A stretch of DNA of 64,000 bases from Pavona decussata (Eukaryota). The DNA lies in NCBI GenBank assembly GCA_977016875.1, contig CDRNST010000006.1, positions 4,278,001 through 4,342,000 of the forward strand, given 5' to 3'. Positions 1 to 13,700 of the stretch are shown here, piece by piece. The position numbers and the translations under genes were made by a program. The notes under the pieces are model-generated. The model had not been told where the DNA came from and made no database searches. It saw only the letters and a list, made by a program, of their open reading frames with translations. Position 1 is the first letter of the stretch. Each line of letters starts with the position of its first letter.

Positions 1-2870
1 GACGTCCTCCAAGATAGGACAAGGTGTCAAAAAATTCCACGACGTCCTCCCTATATTCGTGACGCGGATCATAATAGAATTCTACGACATCTTGAACATA
101 TTTATAAAATATGTGTTCCTTTGATATTTTCCCCCTTCGAATCAGTTCATTTAGCCTGACGCAAATGGGGTCAACATTTTCTAGTCCGATTGCAATCAGA
201 CGCCATTCCTTGTCAATACAAATGAAATCTGATGAAGAGTCAGACTCGCAAAACTCGGCATTGTCGTCGCTATCTTCAGATGATAGCTCCATACTGTTGT
301 CACTATCGTACACTGAATTGCTTTCTGTGTCCGAACTGAAAAAAATGCACAATAAATTGTTTCAAATGTCATTTTACTATTTTTGACAACAAGTTTCATT
401 TACAGAACGAGACGATTATTTTAGAACTTGGCAAAGAGCGTTCTATTAATTCACATCTGCATGAGACACTCGAACTTACTACGCTCTCGTGTCCTCTGTG
501 TGGGAGATGTCCACATCTGAATCTACACTGCAAGCACTTTTCTCGTTTGATCAGGTTCCCTCTTCGGATAGCTTTGGCCTATTGCTCAGCATTGATACCA
601 GAGTTTGTGGCGCTTTCTTTTTTGATTGACATGATTTAAAATGATCTAAGAGAGAAGTAGAGATTTTTAAACACCATCTCGGCAATCCAGAATGCAAAAT
701 CGTTAAACAGCAGTGCGCAGCTTAGTTTACTATCTCTTTACATCCAGCTACTGACTAGTTTTTGCTCAGCTATCCCTCTCAAAACAAGCGCAGAGTGTTC
801 ACATAGAAATGCGCTATGCCATACGCTACACGATTCGGCGGGGTCTCATCCATTCTTGCTGCAAAAACTTTCCTTTCGAATCAAATTCCAAACGTTTGCC
901 AGACAAATCTAAGCTAACACAGATAGGATCCTTCAGGCGTGATGCGGACAAATGACTAAGAAGAGGAGCGAAAAGGGTTTAACGTAAAGAGAGCAATCAC
1001 TTACAAGATTGAACGTAAGACACTCTTCCCTTCAGACCGGCATCAAGTCGTAGCTGAACTTCATTCAGGCAGATACCCCATTTCACTCTCCAGGCCCAGA
1101 GTACAGTCTTCTTACCAAGCTTAACATCAGCCTTCTCTCTGTACACCAACTCACGTTTACCCAGCTTTTTCAACTCTAAAAGGCAATCATGGTCATCAAT
1201 ATTTGAACCAGCTGGAAGTTTTAAATTAATACGATGCTATTGAAAGCCAACTTGGATCGATGAACTACTTTCAAATAAAGTCGTATAACAAGAAAGGGAA
1301 ATATCGCCTTAAAGAACCGAGATTCGGAAATTCCGGTGACAAAATGTACAAAATAAATTATAATATTATCCTCGTAAAAGCTGGAAATAGCCGATCAAAA
1401 ACAAACCATTGACGTTTTAAACGGCCCTATCACGCGGCTGTCATGACCCCTATGGCGATCTGTGATCTTTTTTCGTGAACCTTGGCCGTAACAAGATATC
1501 TAGTTTCACAACGGGACTCTTTTGACCCTCTTATCCTTTGTTGATCTTTGTTACTTGATGACCTCAACTCAAGTGGCACGTTTATGAATCAGTACGCGCG
1601 AGATTCGAGCTGACTCTTGAACACCAGTAGTTCTAGGTCTTCTTGTAGTTTTGGAGAAATTAAATCATTAAACGCGCCGTCGGTTAAGACGGTTAACATA
1701 GACAGCGATGTCGGTTAACACAGACGATGATGATCCCGACGTCCAAGATGTTATAAATTGAGTGGCTCTCTATTACGAAGAGGGTAAGAGCGGAAGTTCC
1801 TTTTTACGAAAGGAGAAATTTCGGGCGCAACTTCCACAGAAGGTGAAGTCATTAAAGACCGTCAAGGAAACAGTTAGGTAAGTTCTGTTTCGACTGTTTT
1901 TTCTAGCTACCATTTTAGAACCTTTTTATTCTGGACTCATTTCATCGCTAATGTCGTCATCAACGTGACAACAAAGCTAAACTGATCGCACAAACGAAAG
2001 ACATACATTGTAACGAGTCACGTTGCACTCTTAAAGTATTCGCGTAATTTCGTCTATAGTTTGGTAAATCTCAGGCTTGTCGTGACCTTGGGGCGCCTTT
2101 GTTCGAAACGTCAATGTGGACGCGGAATTATGAACAACTAACACTGACAAACCACACTTTCTTTATTGTTTGTCATTAGCCGCTTTGGAGGTGTACATGA
2201 TGTTGCTAAAAACTTTGGCCTTGGAAATCACATAGAGGTGAAACTTGGAAGGGTAGACAAGTCCGAACAAATGAAAGGACCGCAGTGTTTCGCTATAAAC
2301 ACTGATTCCCAAGTTTTACTCGAAATGCCGTCTACAAGGACTGGTGCAAACACCCTTCAACGTAAGTGAAATATTAGTACAATTTCTCTTCCTTTGTGGG
2401 CCTTTATTTGCTCACTCACTTTAGTGCAATACAGGGCGAGGCAGTGGTACACGGTGGTTTAACACTTCCCATTTTTGGATTAAATCTCAGTTACCATATA
2501 TCCAATTGAAATGGCCTTTTCTACTAATACACCGAGAATTGTGGTGAAAGTTCTTGCTAAAGATGGTGGTCAATCGAATGCAGAGGTGGTTGGGCAAGTG
2601 AGCAACCCAGGCCTTAAGGAACGGAGTTTAAATTCTACAGAGAGGGAAAAGATCGAAAAAGGTACTTAAATTGTGTTGTAATGATCATGGCTCTTAATGA
2701 TTCTCAGCTTTCATAATCCCGGTTGTCATGCGTAAACTGGTTAAATATCCCGTGTCCCGTTCATATCTACAATCCCAAATCTTGCTCCCTTTTTAACCCA
2801 AATCCCGAATCCCGGCCTTAAAATAAGCCAAATCCTGGATCCCGAAAAACCTATTGGGGACCCTCTTCTA

Positions 2871-3568
2871 TCAGCGAGAGGCATTTTTCCGGATTGTCAC
2901 AACAAGCCAATTTTGCTGCCTTCGGCGACTCTGCTGTTGCTGTTGGAAGCAAAACCAGCACGTCGAATGCCATTTCCCAAAGTAAAAAATGTCAGAGGCC
3001 ACACTTTGGGTGCCTCTGCCATAAACAATTTTGGGAGTGATGTGCCGGCATCGCTTCCAGTAAGCTGTTTGGCCAGATGCAGACAAAGACATAACTTGCT
3101 TTGAGTCTCCAATAAACCATGATTTGCCAAAGTCAATGATCACCGGGTTGTAGTAATCTTTCTGTTTCTCCAGCACAACGTTATTGGATTTTAGGTCATT
3201 GTGCGAGATACCACGTGGATGTATCTGCCGAAGACCTTTTGCGGTTTCTTTCAGAATTCTCGGCCAGCTGGGTTTGGTGAGAACTGGATGACTAGACGAA
3301 AGGGCTTGCTTTGTGTGATAATTCCAAACAATAGTGGCAGACATGGATGATCGCCTTACTGACTGATCATGGTTGCCTTGTGGCAAACTTCTTTCTTTAC
3401 GTTGTCCAAGGACGTCTTTTCTCTAACCTTGAACTCCTTGATGGTAACAATGTATCCTCTGTAGTGAGCAAGGCGGCATGACCCAAAAGTTCCGAAGCGG
3501 AAGATCTTTTTAGAGTGTATGATTTCCGCAAGGCGAATTTCGTTTATCACTGGGCTGGCACATCTCAT
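2871..3568 (-). pseudogene. Intronless protein kinase domain pseudogene, copy 1
   Basis: Fragments give GTFGSC (Gly loop), IVTIKEF (VAxK equivalent), HNDLKSNNVVL (catalytic loop), IIDFGKS and SDIFYFG. It is broken by an in-frame stop (ISQ*GDH) and a frameshifting deletion. Confidence 0.8.
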
Positions 3569-6318
3569 GTGCGATGGACCCTTTTTACCTGTTTCTTTGG
3601 TCTCAGCCTGCCTTTCTCACAATACCACGACTTTTGGGGTGTTCCTTTCACTTCCCTCATGCGATGGGGGCTCAAAGAAGCAAAGGTTTCGTTGACAATT
3701 ATAGATGAAACATTCTCGTTCAGACCATACCATTGTGATATGCTTGTAACCAGCCAAAAAGAACTTTTGTTTTTCTGTACAGAACATTCGGAGAGAATTG
3801 TCCTCGCACTACTTTGTTTTCGCTATGTTATAAAATAATTTCTTAAATTTTCCTGCTCTGGTAAAAACATAAATGTTAAGAGAATACTAAAACTAAGAGC
3901 AAATTTATATATATAAATATAAATTTATATATTTCTGAGCTGATTTTCCAGAAGGTGGCTACAGAAATTGACGTTTTTGTTACCTTTTCTTAAGATATTT
4001 ATTTATTTATTTATTTACTTTTTAATTTTTTTTTAGCGTTTCTTAATGAATTTCACATCACTAACTTAATAGATTACAATGGTCATTAGCAAATATTTCT
4101 AAAACCAAAATATTTTTCTCTTACTCCCCCCCCTCCCTCCCTGATTTGCAAACCTAGCCCCACTCCCTCTCAAATGTCTTCTAACCGCGCAACGATTTGG
4201 CTTTGAATTCGGCGCGCGCTCTGAGATCAGAACTAAGTCATTAGACCTAGCGTTTCGTTTGGTTTGTCTGAAGCAAAGTTTTCCTGAGGACATCATTAAG
4301 TCTAGTGAGGGAAGAAGTCTTACGAGTGGAGTTTCTGCCTCGTCTAATATGCTTGCTACCAGTAGTCCTCTTTTAAGCTAAACGGGTAATTTTCAGTTAC
4401 TCGGACTTGGACTATTAAGAGCCAATGTCGGAAAATATCGAGAATCTCAAATCAGTTCTAAAAATTCGAATTTTGGCTGATACCACCCAAACATCCCTGT
4501 GGGTGAACTATTTCAAGAAATGATATTAAGAAATCCCCAAGCGCTTTACATTTTGAGAATTTTAGAAAAGTTCGAAAATTCGCTAAAAATACATTTTTTT
4601 ATTCGGGAAATGGGTGCAAATTTCAACAATTTTCATCGACATAGCACAAGCGCGCAAGAGCTCCTATTGACTTGATATTACTCATGTATTTAGCAGACAT
4701 ACAAAGCTTTAAGACCTCATAAAAAGGTTTTGCAAAATAACTATTGTAATATAGTTTCTGGCTTTTATTGTGTGCACCCTGATTGTGTGTTGTTTTGGCA
4801 GTCAAAATAACGCCCAACTTCAACCGTCAAAAGTCGATCCTGGTATGTCACAGATTGGAAAAAATACTATACTGAACAGAAGAACAGTTATTTTATTAAT
4901 TATACCTGAAGTTTCAGCTCTGCAAATTAAAATGCTTGCGAGTAATAAAATTTTAACTTGAGCCCCCAAGTCGCCGTGCGCGACAAGAACGTGGAATGTA
5001 AACAAAGGAAAACATATGCAAATCAAGGAGAAAATCACACGGAAGTTATAACTAGCCCGTCAAAGCGCAAAGAATTGGTGGAAATTCTGTTATCTAAACA
5101 GGTATTGCTATCTGAGAGACTGATAAAGCGAAATTATCCGTACAATAATAATAAAAAAGGTATTTTAGGGCTAGAGGGCCAAGGGTCATGAAATCGGGTC
5201 GGATGAACTCGCGCGGATGGTTCCGAGGTAAAAAAAATCAATCATTTTAAGTCCAAACGCTCTTAAAGAAGCTTTCAAAATGGACCATGGAGCAAACAAA
5301 CAATGTCAGTAAAAGTAGATATTTTGAGGTATGATAGAAATGAACCATAAAATGTAAGTTTATTTTTAGAAATATAAAGAAATGACAGAGGCCACTACGG
5401 GCCATCGACGATTCCGTTTTAAATGGTCCGTCCCTTGGTTATACTAGGCCATATTAAATCCAAAAAGTAACAAGATACAACAAAATAAATCAGAGTTTAA
5501 AATAATCTTAGAAAAGTATAATACTCACTTGGGGATTAGATTTCCCGCATCGCAAATTTCTAATTATATACATTTTAGGATTGTTTACTCACTGACCTTG
5601 TGTCGTGTTCCGTGTTCCAAGTTTGCACAGTTCTCACTAGAGTAAAACCCTCCGTCTTGTTTAAACATTTCATAAAAAAAGACTAACTTATTTGTTCATT
5701 AGAACTATTTATAGATAGGTAGTAAATAATCCTCGCATAAACACAGAAAACGAAGAAGCCACTTCATCTTGTTTATTTTGGTGTTGTGTTACCTGTCACG
5801 TTTTTCAAGTCACGTGTTGCTGTACAAAGTATTGTGAAAATGAAATATAACATTTTCTTTAGTTATTTCTTTTAGGGTAGTAAAATAAAGGGGACTAAAT
5901 AAAGGAGGACTGTGCAATCAGAACTAAAAGAATCTCCTAGTGCACCTACGCCATCTCCGTTTATATCTTCATAAGCAAAATACTACTTCTCTCCAGAAAT
6001 GAATAGGGGTGCCAATCGCACCCATGCCGGAGCCCTTAAGCCCCTTTCCAGGGTCATTCTTCTTCTAATCCCTGGAGTTAAAGAGACAGAAAGGGAAGTA
6101 AGAAGAAGAGACTCCAAGAGTCATGAGAGCTTTGGCGGTACCTTTCAATGACTTTAAGTCCATTGATCCGTTAAAAAATGAGAAATGCTTGTCATTTGTT
6201 TCCTCATTTCTGTTGGACACCACTTGAAGAGGGCACATGTAGAGTACCTCTTCCAGTGTTTCGTAAATTTTCTGCCACGGGCTGCGCAAGTTTTATAGGG
6301 AAATATCCCCCGGCTTTA

Positions 6319-6527
6319 GGGACAGACGATTAGAAAGGTTCTGGGGTGGGGACGAAGTACAAAATAAAAATATTTTCGCCAAGGGAAAATCTTATGAAAA
6401 AAAAATTCATGCACGCCGAGTAGCCTTAAAAATACTCCCTCATTGGCCTATAGGGGAAATGTTAGCGAAAACATTTATGCCGCTCTTAAATTCCCCACCC
6501 CCCATAACTTTCGTTATGGTCCGTCCC
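6319..6527. mobile_element. Tourist/PIF-Harbinger-like MITE nested in the Sola3 element
   Basis: Imperfect ~30-bp TIRs (GGGACAGACGATT.. / ..ATGGTCCGTCCC) flanked by TTA on both sides. Confidence 0.65.
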
Positions 6528-6799
6528 TTACAACTGAAGTAGATTTTCGTAGGCTCAATTACCAGAAGCTGTTTAGGAAATGAGCCCGCGCTCCTCCCCT
6601 TCTCGGGGAAGGACAAGATCGAACACGAGAGAACGGCGAAAACTGAGGCTTAGATCTCCACTTATTTTTCTTTACTTACATTAAATATTAGTTAAAGAAA
6701 TGACAGACGGATTGGTGGAAGTAAAAAACTGAAAGGAGGTCTCCTTCTCGATGTTAAGGAACAGGACTTGCTAGAGTCACCTCTTCAGTAGTCAATTTC

Positions 6800-8660
6800 T
6801 TGGCTTTGGTAACTGCAATCACTAATGGCTTCTTTAAGCAACTTCAGGTATGGAGCTTTGCAGCGAATTGGTAGATTAGGGATGTCGAGATTGAGGCCTT
6901 GGCAATCACCTGAAGCAACAAAACCTTCAACCCCTCAATGTGTCTTTTTCTGCCATGGCATAGATGTTGTATCGGTCAAACATTATTGGATGCTGGAGGG
7001 TGACAGTCGCCATCACTTCGTCTCTGGCCGTAGAAAAGTTTATTTCTTCTTCAATAGCTGCAAGGTCGACTTCATGGGTCTGCTGGGGAGTTGTCGCAGA
7101 AAGGCGGGAGAAATATGAAGATATCTGCTGAGAGGTCAGAAACTCCGCCAGTTGATTTAAAAAGCCGTTCGCCATTCGAACTATGGGCACTTCTCATATC
7201 ACGTGCTACAAGACTTGCGTCGACTTTCCGTCTAGTGGACTGACCAATGTTGAATTTATCAGTGAGGTAGGCCTTCTGATTTTCACTAAAACGATACGCC
7301 TTCTTAGCTGGTCGCAACCCCCATCCCTCTGTTAAACGTCCCCTGGATTGTTTGCTTGCAACACCGCTGGTTCTTAAGGTTGGTACAACACCGACGCCCT
7401 GTTCTAAAACCTGCTGATAGCCAAGCTTGGCAAGATCCATAAGAGTGTGTTTTTCCAGGGACCGTATGCATTTCTCAGAGGATAGATGTTTCGTCAATGC
7501 CGAATATCTCTGGAAAACCTTTGTACATCCACTCTCTAGGCAAGTGTATACACCATGCTTGGTCTAACTCTCCTGAATGTCACTGGAACTCTCTTCTGTT
7601 TTGGGAGACTCGTCGTCGTTAACATGCTTTTTGTCTTTATGGCCGAGAGACTTGAATTACCCCGGAGAAAATGCAGATTCTAACCACCTGTTTTCGGATT
7701 CTGTAATTAGGCAAATTTATAAGTGTCAAAACGATGGGTAAACGAATACATTCAGTGTATTATGTTCTAGTTTTAAAAGAGCTTTGTATATTGCTAAATT
7801 TTGTTATTATTTTTTCTGTTGCTCTTATTAGTTTTGAGTCCATCTTTCCGCTTGATATTTTTAATGAAAATTTAAAATAGTCGAGGGTCCCAAATGCAAA
7901 CAACAACAACAAAAAAGACTGAACGTTACGTTTTGTCAAGGTATCGGCCTTGATTTCTTTTCCTCTGTAAATGTTATATGCCCTCCATGCTTTGATACCA
8001 CCTTCTGTAAACTCAAAGTTGTTGAGTTTACTGACATTTTGGATCTCCGCTGTGTCGCTGATTGGTGATGCCGTTGTGATTACATCCAGACACACTACCA
8101 GAGCCGTTCTATCGATCTCTCATGAGAACTTCACTAAAAATTACAAGACATTACGTAAAAATTACTTACGCGATCCAACAGCAATTAGCTGGCCTGTTTC
8201 ATTCAAAATAAGTGAAGATAGTCGACTGTTTATTCTGCGTGTTCCTTTCACTTTTGCTGGCTTATGTGCAATCTTTGGACTTGGAACCGAACAAATAGTT
8301 TTCCCTGTTCTCCATCTTATACCATATTCCACCCGATGACGGAGACATAAAGTTATGAGTTCATGAGACACATCCGGCGAAAAAAATCCTGATAAAAAAA
8401 AACCTTTCGTTATAGTACTGTCACGCAATAATCACACAACAAGATTAAAAACAAAGTAAAAATTAAACCAAATGTCGTTTACCTGCACCAGCTAGTAGCA
8501 GTTTCATTTCACTTTCCAACGATGGATCTTCACTAAGGCCATACATTTCCAGATGTCTCGTTCACATTTAAGAAGAGGTATACATTCGTATTGACCAGGA
8601 TATTCCTGGCTAACATCGCACTTAGAATTTCCATCAACAAGAGTCGAAAAACTGCACAAT
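6800..8660 (-). pseudogene. Spliced Sola3-like transposase remnant (N-terminal Cys/His region, C-terminal zinc finger and HTH-like tail)
   Basis: Exon-like pieces with GT/AG borders: LCLRHRVEYGIRWR..C..P..H; SKLNNFEF..WRAYNI; CLESGCTKVFQRYSALTKH; GWGLRPAKKAYRFSENQKAYL..QQISSYFSRL. No catalytic core is visible. Confidence 0.6.
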
Positions 8661-10775
8661 ATTTTTTTTTTCCACACACAGCGTTATAAACGCTGTAGAT
8701 TATACCATGTGTCGCTTATGCAATGTAGTTTGTTTGGATTTCGAAATACTGTACGGAATTAGGTGGGGCTGCAGGGTAATTTATTCAAATCACTGACCAT
8801 ACATGTAACTTGACACCAAATTAAAGAACCTGAACATTTGGCGCCGAAACCTTTGTACGGCCTGATATGTTCAATTTCAGTTACTCGTTAGTTTTTAATT
8901 CATTTTACTCAGGTAAGCTACAGACGCCTTACATCACGAGAAAGATGATGAAAACTTGCTAAGACTGTGACTGGGTGTAGGGTATTAGTTTCTAAAAATC
9001 CTGGACGAACATCGAAAACCAATTCTTTCAGTTGTAAGAGTAAGCTTATCTCAAAGCTTGGAGGAGATGGACGTCTGTAGAAGATCCTGCCTGGAAGGTG
9101 TGTTCATCATTATTGTAAATGTTTGCTTTGATATACTTACATCTTGATGCTTTTTGGCTTTGAGCACAAACAATTATTGTTTATTTTATTTGAGATACAA
9201 TTATTACGGTCCGTTTTGTTTGTGGTCTTCATAGCCGCTGTCATTCCATTTTGTTGAGAGGTCATTTACGATAATTTTGACTTTCATTTCGTAGTTCATT
9301 TTTATCTAAGTAAATTTATTATCTGTTGGCGAAGCTAATAAAATAAAAAAAATAAACATAGTTTGCCGATGGGGTTCTGAAGTTGAAATGATTGATAGAC
9401 CGAACGCCTGTTACTTCAGAACCGGGAATTCACCCGACCAGATTTCGTGACCGTGCAAAGCCAATCACTGTTTTTTTATAACTTTGTTTTAGGATATTGC
9501 CTTGTTTAAGATTATTCGACGAACAAGTGCGCTTTATTGGCTTCCCAGGTAGCAATACTTGTTTAGATAACATAATTTCCATCAATTCTTTGCGCTTTGA
9601 TGGGCTAGTTATAACTTCCGTGTGATTTTCTCCTTGATTTGCATATGTTTTCCTTTGTTTACATTCCACGTTCTTGTCGCGCACGGCGACTTGGGGGCTC
9701 AAGTTAAAATTTTATTACTCGCAAGCATTTTAATTTGCAGAGCTGAAACTTCAGGTATAATTAATAAAATAACTGTTCTTCTGTTCAGTATAGTATTTTT
9801 TCCAATCTGTGACATACCAGGATCGACTTTTGACGGTTGAAGTTGGGCGTTATTTTGACTGCCAAAACAACACACAATCAGGGTGCACACAATAAAAGCC
9901 AGAAACTATATTACAATAGTTATTTTGCAAAACCTTTTTATGAGGTCTTAAAGCTTTGTATGTCTGCTAAATACATGAGTAATATCAGGTCAATAGGAGC
10001 CCTTGCGCGCTTGTGCTGTGTCGATGAAAATTGTTGAAATTTGCACCCATTTCCCGAATAAAAAAATGTATTTTTAGCGAATTTTCGAACTTTTCTAAAA
10101 TTCTCAAAATGTGAAGCGCTTGGGGATTTCTTAATATCATTTCTTGAAATAGTTCACCCACAGGGATGTTTGGGTGGTATCAGCCAAAATTCGAATTTTT
10201 AGAACTGATTTGAGATTCTCGATATTTTCCGACATTGGCTCTTAAAGGCTTGTATATTGTGGGCTTTGCTTGAGGAGGTGACAGTCTTTGGCTTTAAAAA
10301 GTAGGTCTTAGGGAATAAGTTCTATTCGGGCAACGTGAAATTTTCGCGAATTTTTCACCCAGCCAAAGACTTAGTATATTTTTGTGGTGGAAAAGGGCGC
10401 TAACCCTTCCCTTTTCAAATGTTGATTTCAACATCCGGTACTTAAGCTGATATGGAAAACACTAGCAAGAATGGGCAAGGATTTTCTCTTCAAGAAGCGT
10501 GATTTTGAAAAGCTATTCTATTATTTTTCGCCGTTATAACTGTAGCGTTGTTAGGCTAGTCATGGATTAGTCGAGAAGTGCGATTTTGGTCGGATTTCCG
10601 GACTCAATGTCATAAATAATTTCCAGATGTTCGTTCGGCGTGATTCTCATTACGTCTTGAACTTATAATTAACACGGAAAATCAATTTAAAATGCTGTCT
10701 TGCCCCGATTAAGCCGATTCTTTTGTGGAAGGCTAGTCTTGAGCGCTTAAAGACTGGGTTTTGGTTGAGATTTAA

Positions 10776-13700
10776 GAGCGCCTGTCTGTAAAAATCAGAC
10801 AAATTTTAAATTTCGTGGCAAGGGTGGAAAATTCGATTTCTTTCATATTTTAATGTCAGATAGGCTAGGATATAACTAAAATCACTGTATAGTTTTTTCG
10901 GTGAAATATCCTTTTGTTTCAAAGAAAAATGCAAATAACGAAAATCCGTTAAAATCGTCATTTCAGGCGCTAAATTGTTACACGGGTTTGAGAGCCTCGC
11001 GTGCGAGAACAAATCATTCTACCGCTTTTAAAACACTAAAATCTTTTCTTGCTATCTTTAAATATCTGTTGGAATGATTTTGGGAAATATTGCGTCGTTC
11101 TGTGTATGCGAAATAATTTAATTTCGAAGGCATACAATTCACTGCAGTAAAAGTACTTCGTGAATAAAATTAATTTTCACCATGTGCGAAACCTTCAAAT
11201 CGATTTAGCTTCTGGTGGTTGAATGTTAGAAGGATGGTCTATACATTGTTGTAAAAGTTTCTTTGGGCAAATGATGAAGAGCGACGTGAGAGCTTTTCAA
11301 AGTCGGTACAAAATGCAAATATTTGCCCCCCCTGCGGTAAACTTTGAAGTCGTGGGTCAGACATAATTTTTAGTCCGTGTTCATGTCTTGACCCATATTA
11401 GGTTAAAATAAGCACATAGAAAAACATTTCGAAATGTTCTAACCTTATAATATGGTAAAAGACAGGTCCAAATGCCATTTTAGCACGATTCTCTGGTCGT
11501 TCGTCGCATAAGCTTGAGCCGGCTGTTTGTATTAAACGTCCAACGAGTCACCACGCAAACTGGTCGAATACGAATCTTTGATCAACTTTCGGCGCATTTC
11601 ATCAAGATTGCATCTTCTTCGACGGCTAAGTCATTTGTGAGTATTGCTTGGTTTACAGTGCACGAAAACATTACATTTGATCGCTGCTAGAATGACAAAA
11701 ATATGTCGGCATTCAGTCTATCTTTATCTATCTTGTATTGCAGGGAGGTGTTGTTCGTTACGCAATACAATGTCCTGGATATTTTAGGGGGGGGGGGGTG
11801 GAGGAGGGTGAAAATGCGAAATGCTTGATAACTGAACATGAACATGCTCAAGGCAACAACAACAACAACAATTTAAAAAGTGATACCTGTCGTTATGTTA
11901 TTTTTCCCTTGCTAAAATCCAGATAATTTATGTATCCGCAAACTCATTTGCGCGCGCAGTCATGGTTGTTGGGAGCGTTGCCGTTGCGGGGGAGGGGATA
12001 AGATTTTACTAAACAGTATCAGTACTTACTGATGAAGATCACTACACATCCTTTAGTTAGTTCTTTCCATCTTAAAATGCAATAGATCCTAGTATGAAAC
12101 CAAAAATATCCCTCATTGCAGGCATCTGTTTGTCATACTATGTTATGGGCATGGGCATGGGCTAAAATGCTTGAAAGGTGCACTCGGTACTAGTCCTGGC
12201 ATTAGTACATACTCTAGCTTTGAAACACAAAACTGCAAAATTTAAAAAAAAAAAAAGATTTATTTAAGGAATTTCGTCTTTCCTTGCTTGCTTCATCTTT
12301 GATAAGCCCCAAAATTAATTTATCACCGGTTGCAGGCTAGCACTATTCTTAGACAGTGTTAGACATGATAACAGCTTTTCGGGCCTTTATTTTTCTTACT
12401 CCTCTTAGTTATGCTAGTCCGTTCACCAAAACTTGAAAAAAAATTACCTCAACTAAACAGCTTGCGCAAGGCTATAACAGCTTGTAAGTGGTAGGTTAAT
12501 CGACTGGACATAACTCTGATCGCTGCAGGTAAGTGTGCTATCCTTGACAGGTAGATAGGGCTAGTAACAGGTTGCGGTCTGTTGACGTAACTGAAGGGAG
12601 GAGCAGAATCGACTCCTATATATTAACTAATGAATGCAGTCTGAAATGTGAAAGAGCGTCTGTTTCCAACCTGATGGGCGACACTTGGGGCCTAGATAAT
12701 GCCTTATTACTTACGGACCAGAGGAGGGGTGGGGTGGGCAAGGGCGTAAGAGGAGATTGGTATAAAACCAGCCTGTAATAACTAATCTCCCTTCGAGTTA
12801 CTGTTATACCTTCATTTTCCTAGCCTAATTCATAAACCAATCATCATGCCACATGATGATTTCGACCTCAAATTTGATACCCTCTTCGCTCCTCCAAAAA
12901 AAATTAACTTGTGCCCCCTCAAACGGCGCCAAGTAACTAGCACGACCAGAATTTGTTTACCTAGTAACTATTTGGCGATTCTTTCTCACGCCGAATGGCC
13001 ATAGCCATAGCCATAAATTCGACAGAAATCTTTAAGCGATTTTATTTTTAAATTTAGAAAGATCTTCATATTGTTTAATTTAGACATCATAAATTTGATA
13101 GTATTTGAAAAACAACACACCTAACGAAGTAACACGCAGATGAATGAACACCCGAAGCTGCAGCGGACCCAGACTTATTTACGGAAGAATGAAAAAATAG
13201 CTCAAGAAAACAAACGAAACGGCAATATTTTTCGCAGGGGTGCGTTCTTTCATTGCTATTTATCAACTATTTATATGGGAAATGCGCTATTTGGGGTCAT
13301 CTGCGTGAAGAAAAAAAAGACCTTTCTCTTCGCTTTTTTAGTTTCATACTAGGATCTATTGTATCCAAAAATTTGTAGTTATCTCCATCAGTAAGTACTG
13401 ATACTATTTTCGTAAAATGTAATATCCACCCTCCCCCCCCCCCCCCTCAAACGCTCCTAACAAGCCAGCCCGCGCGCGCAAACGAATTCGCGAATGAATA
13501 AATTATCTGGATTTTAGCAAGGAAAAAAGAATGAACTAAAGGTATCACTATCTTAATCGTTGTTGTTGCCTTGGGTATACCTGTTCCAGTAATCAAGCAT
13601 TTTCGCCTTTTCACCCTCCTCCACCCCCCTAAAGTGGCCATGGGTGGTATTGCGTGACGAACAAACGGCTCCCTGCAATGCAAGATAGGCTGAACATCCT

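Larger units (their letters stand above)
4419..10241 (-). mobile_element. Sola3-type DNA transposon, internally deleted
   Basis: TTAA TSD (4415-4418, 10242-10245), GAG...CTC termini and ~690-bp near-identical TIRs (4419-5110 / 9550-10241). This combination is characteristic of Sola3. Confidence 0.85.

Noticed and set aside
1-2700. Possible divergent spliced gene fragments (minus-strand ATG at 632; plus-strand exon-like pieces ending in GTAAG at ~1878 and ~2363)
   Set aside because: They contain stops, have no recognisable domain, and no element ends were found, so no product can be assigned.
4623-10037. Mirror-image small ORFs at 4623-5191 and 9430-10037
   Set aside because: They are a by-product of the Sola3 TIRs and show no protein motifs.
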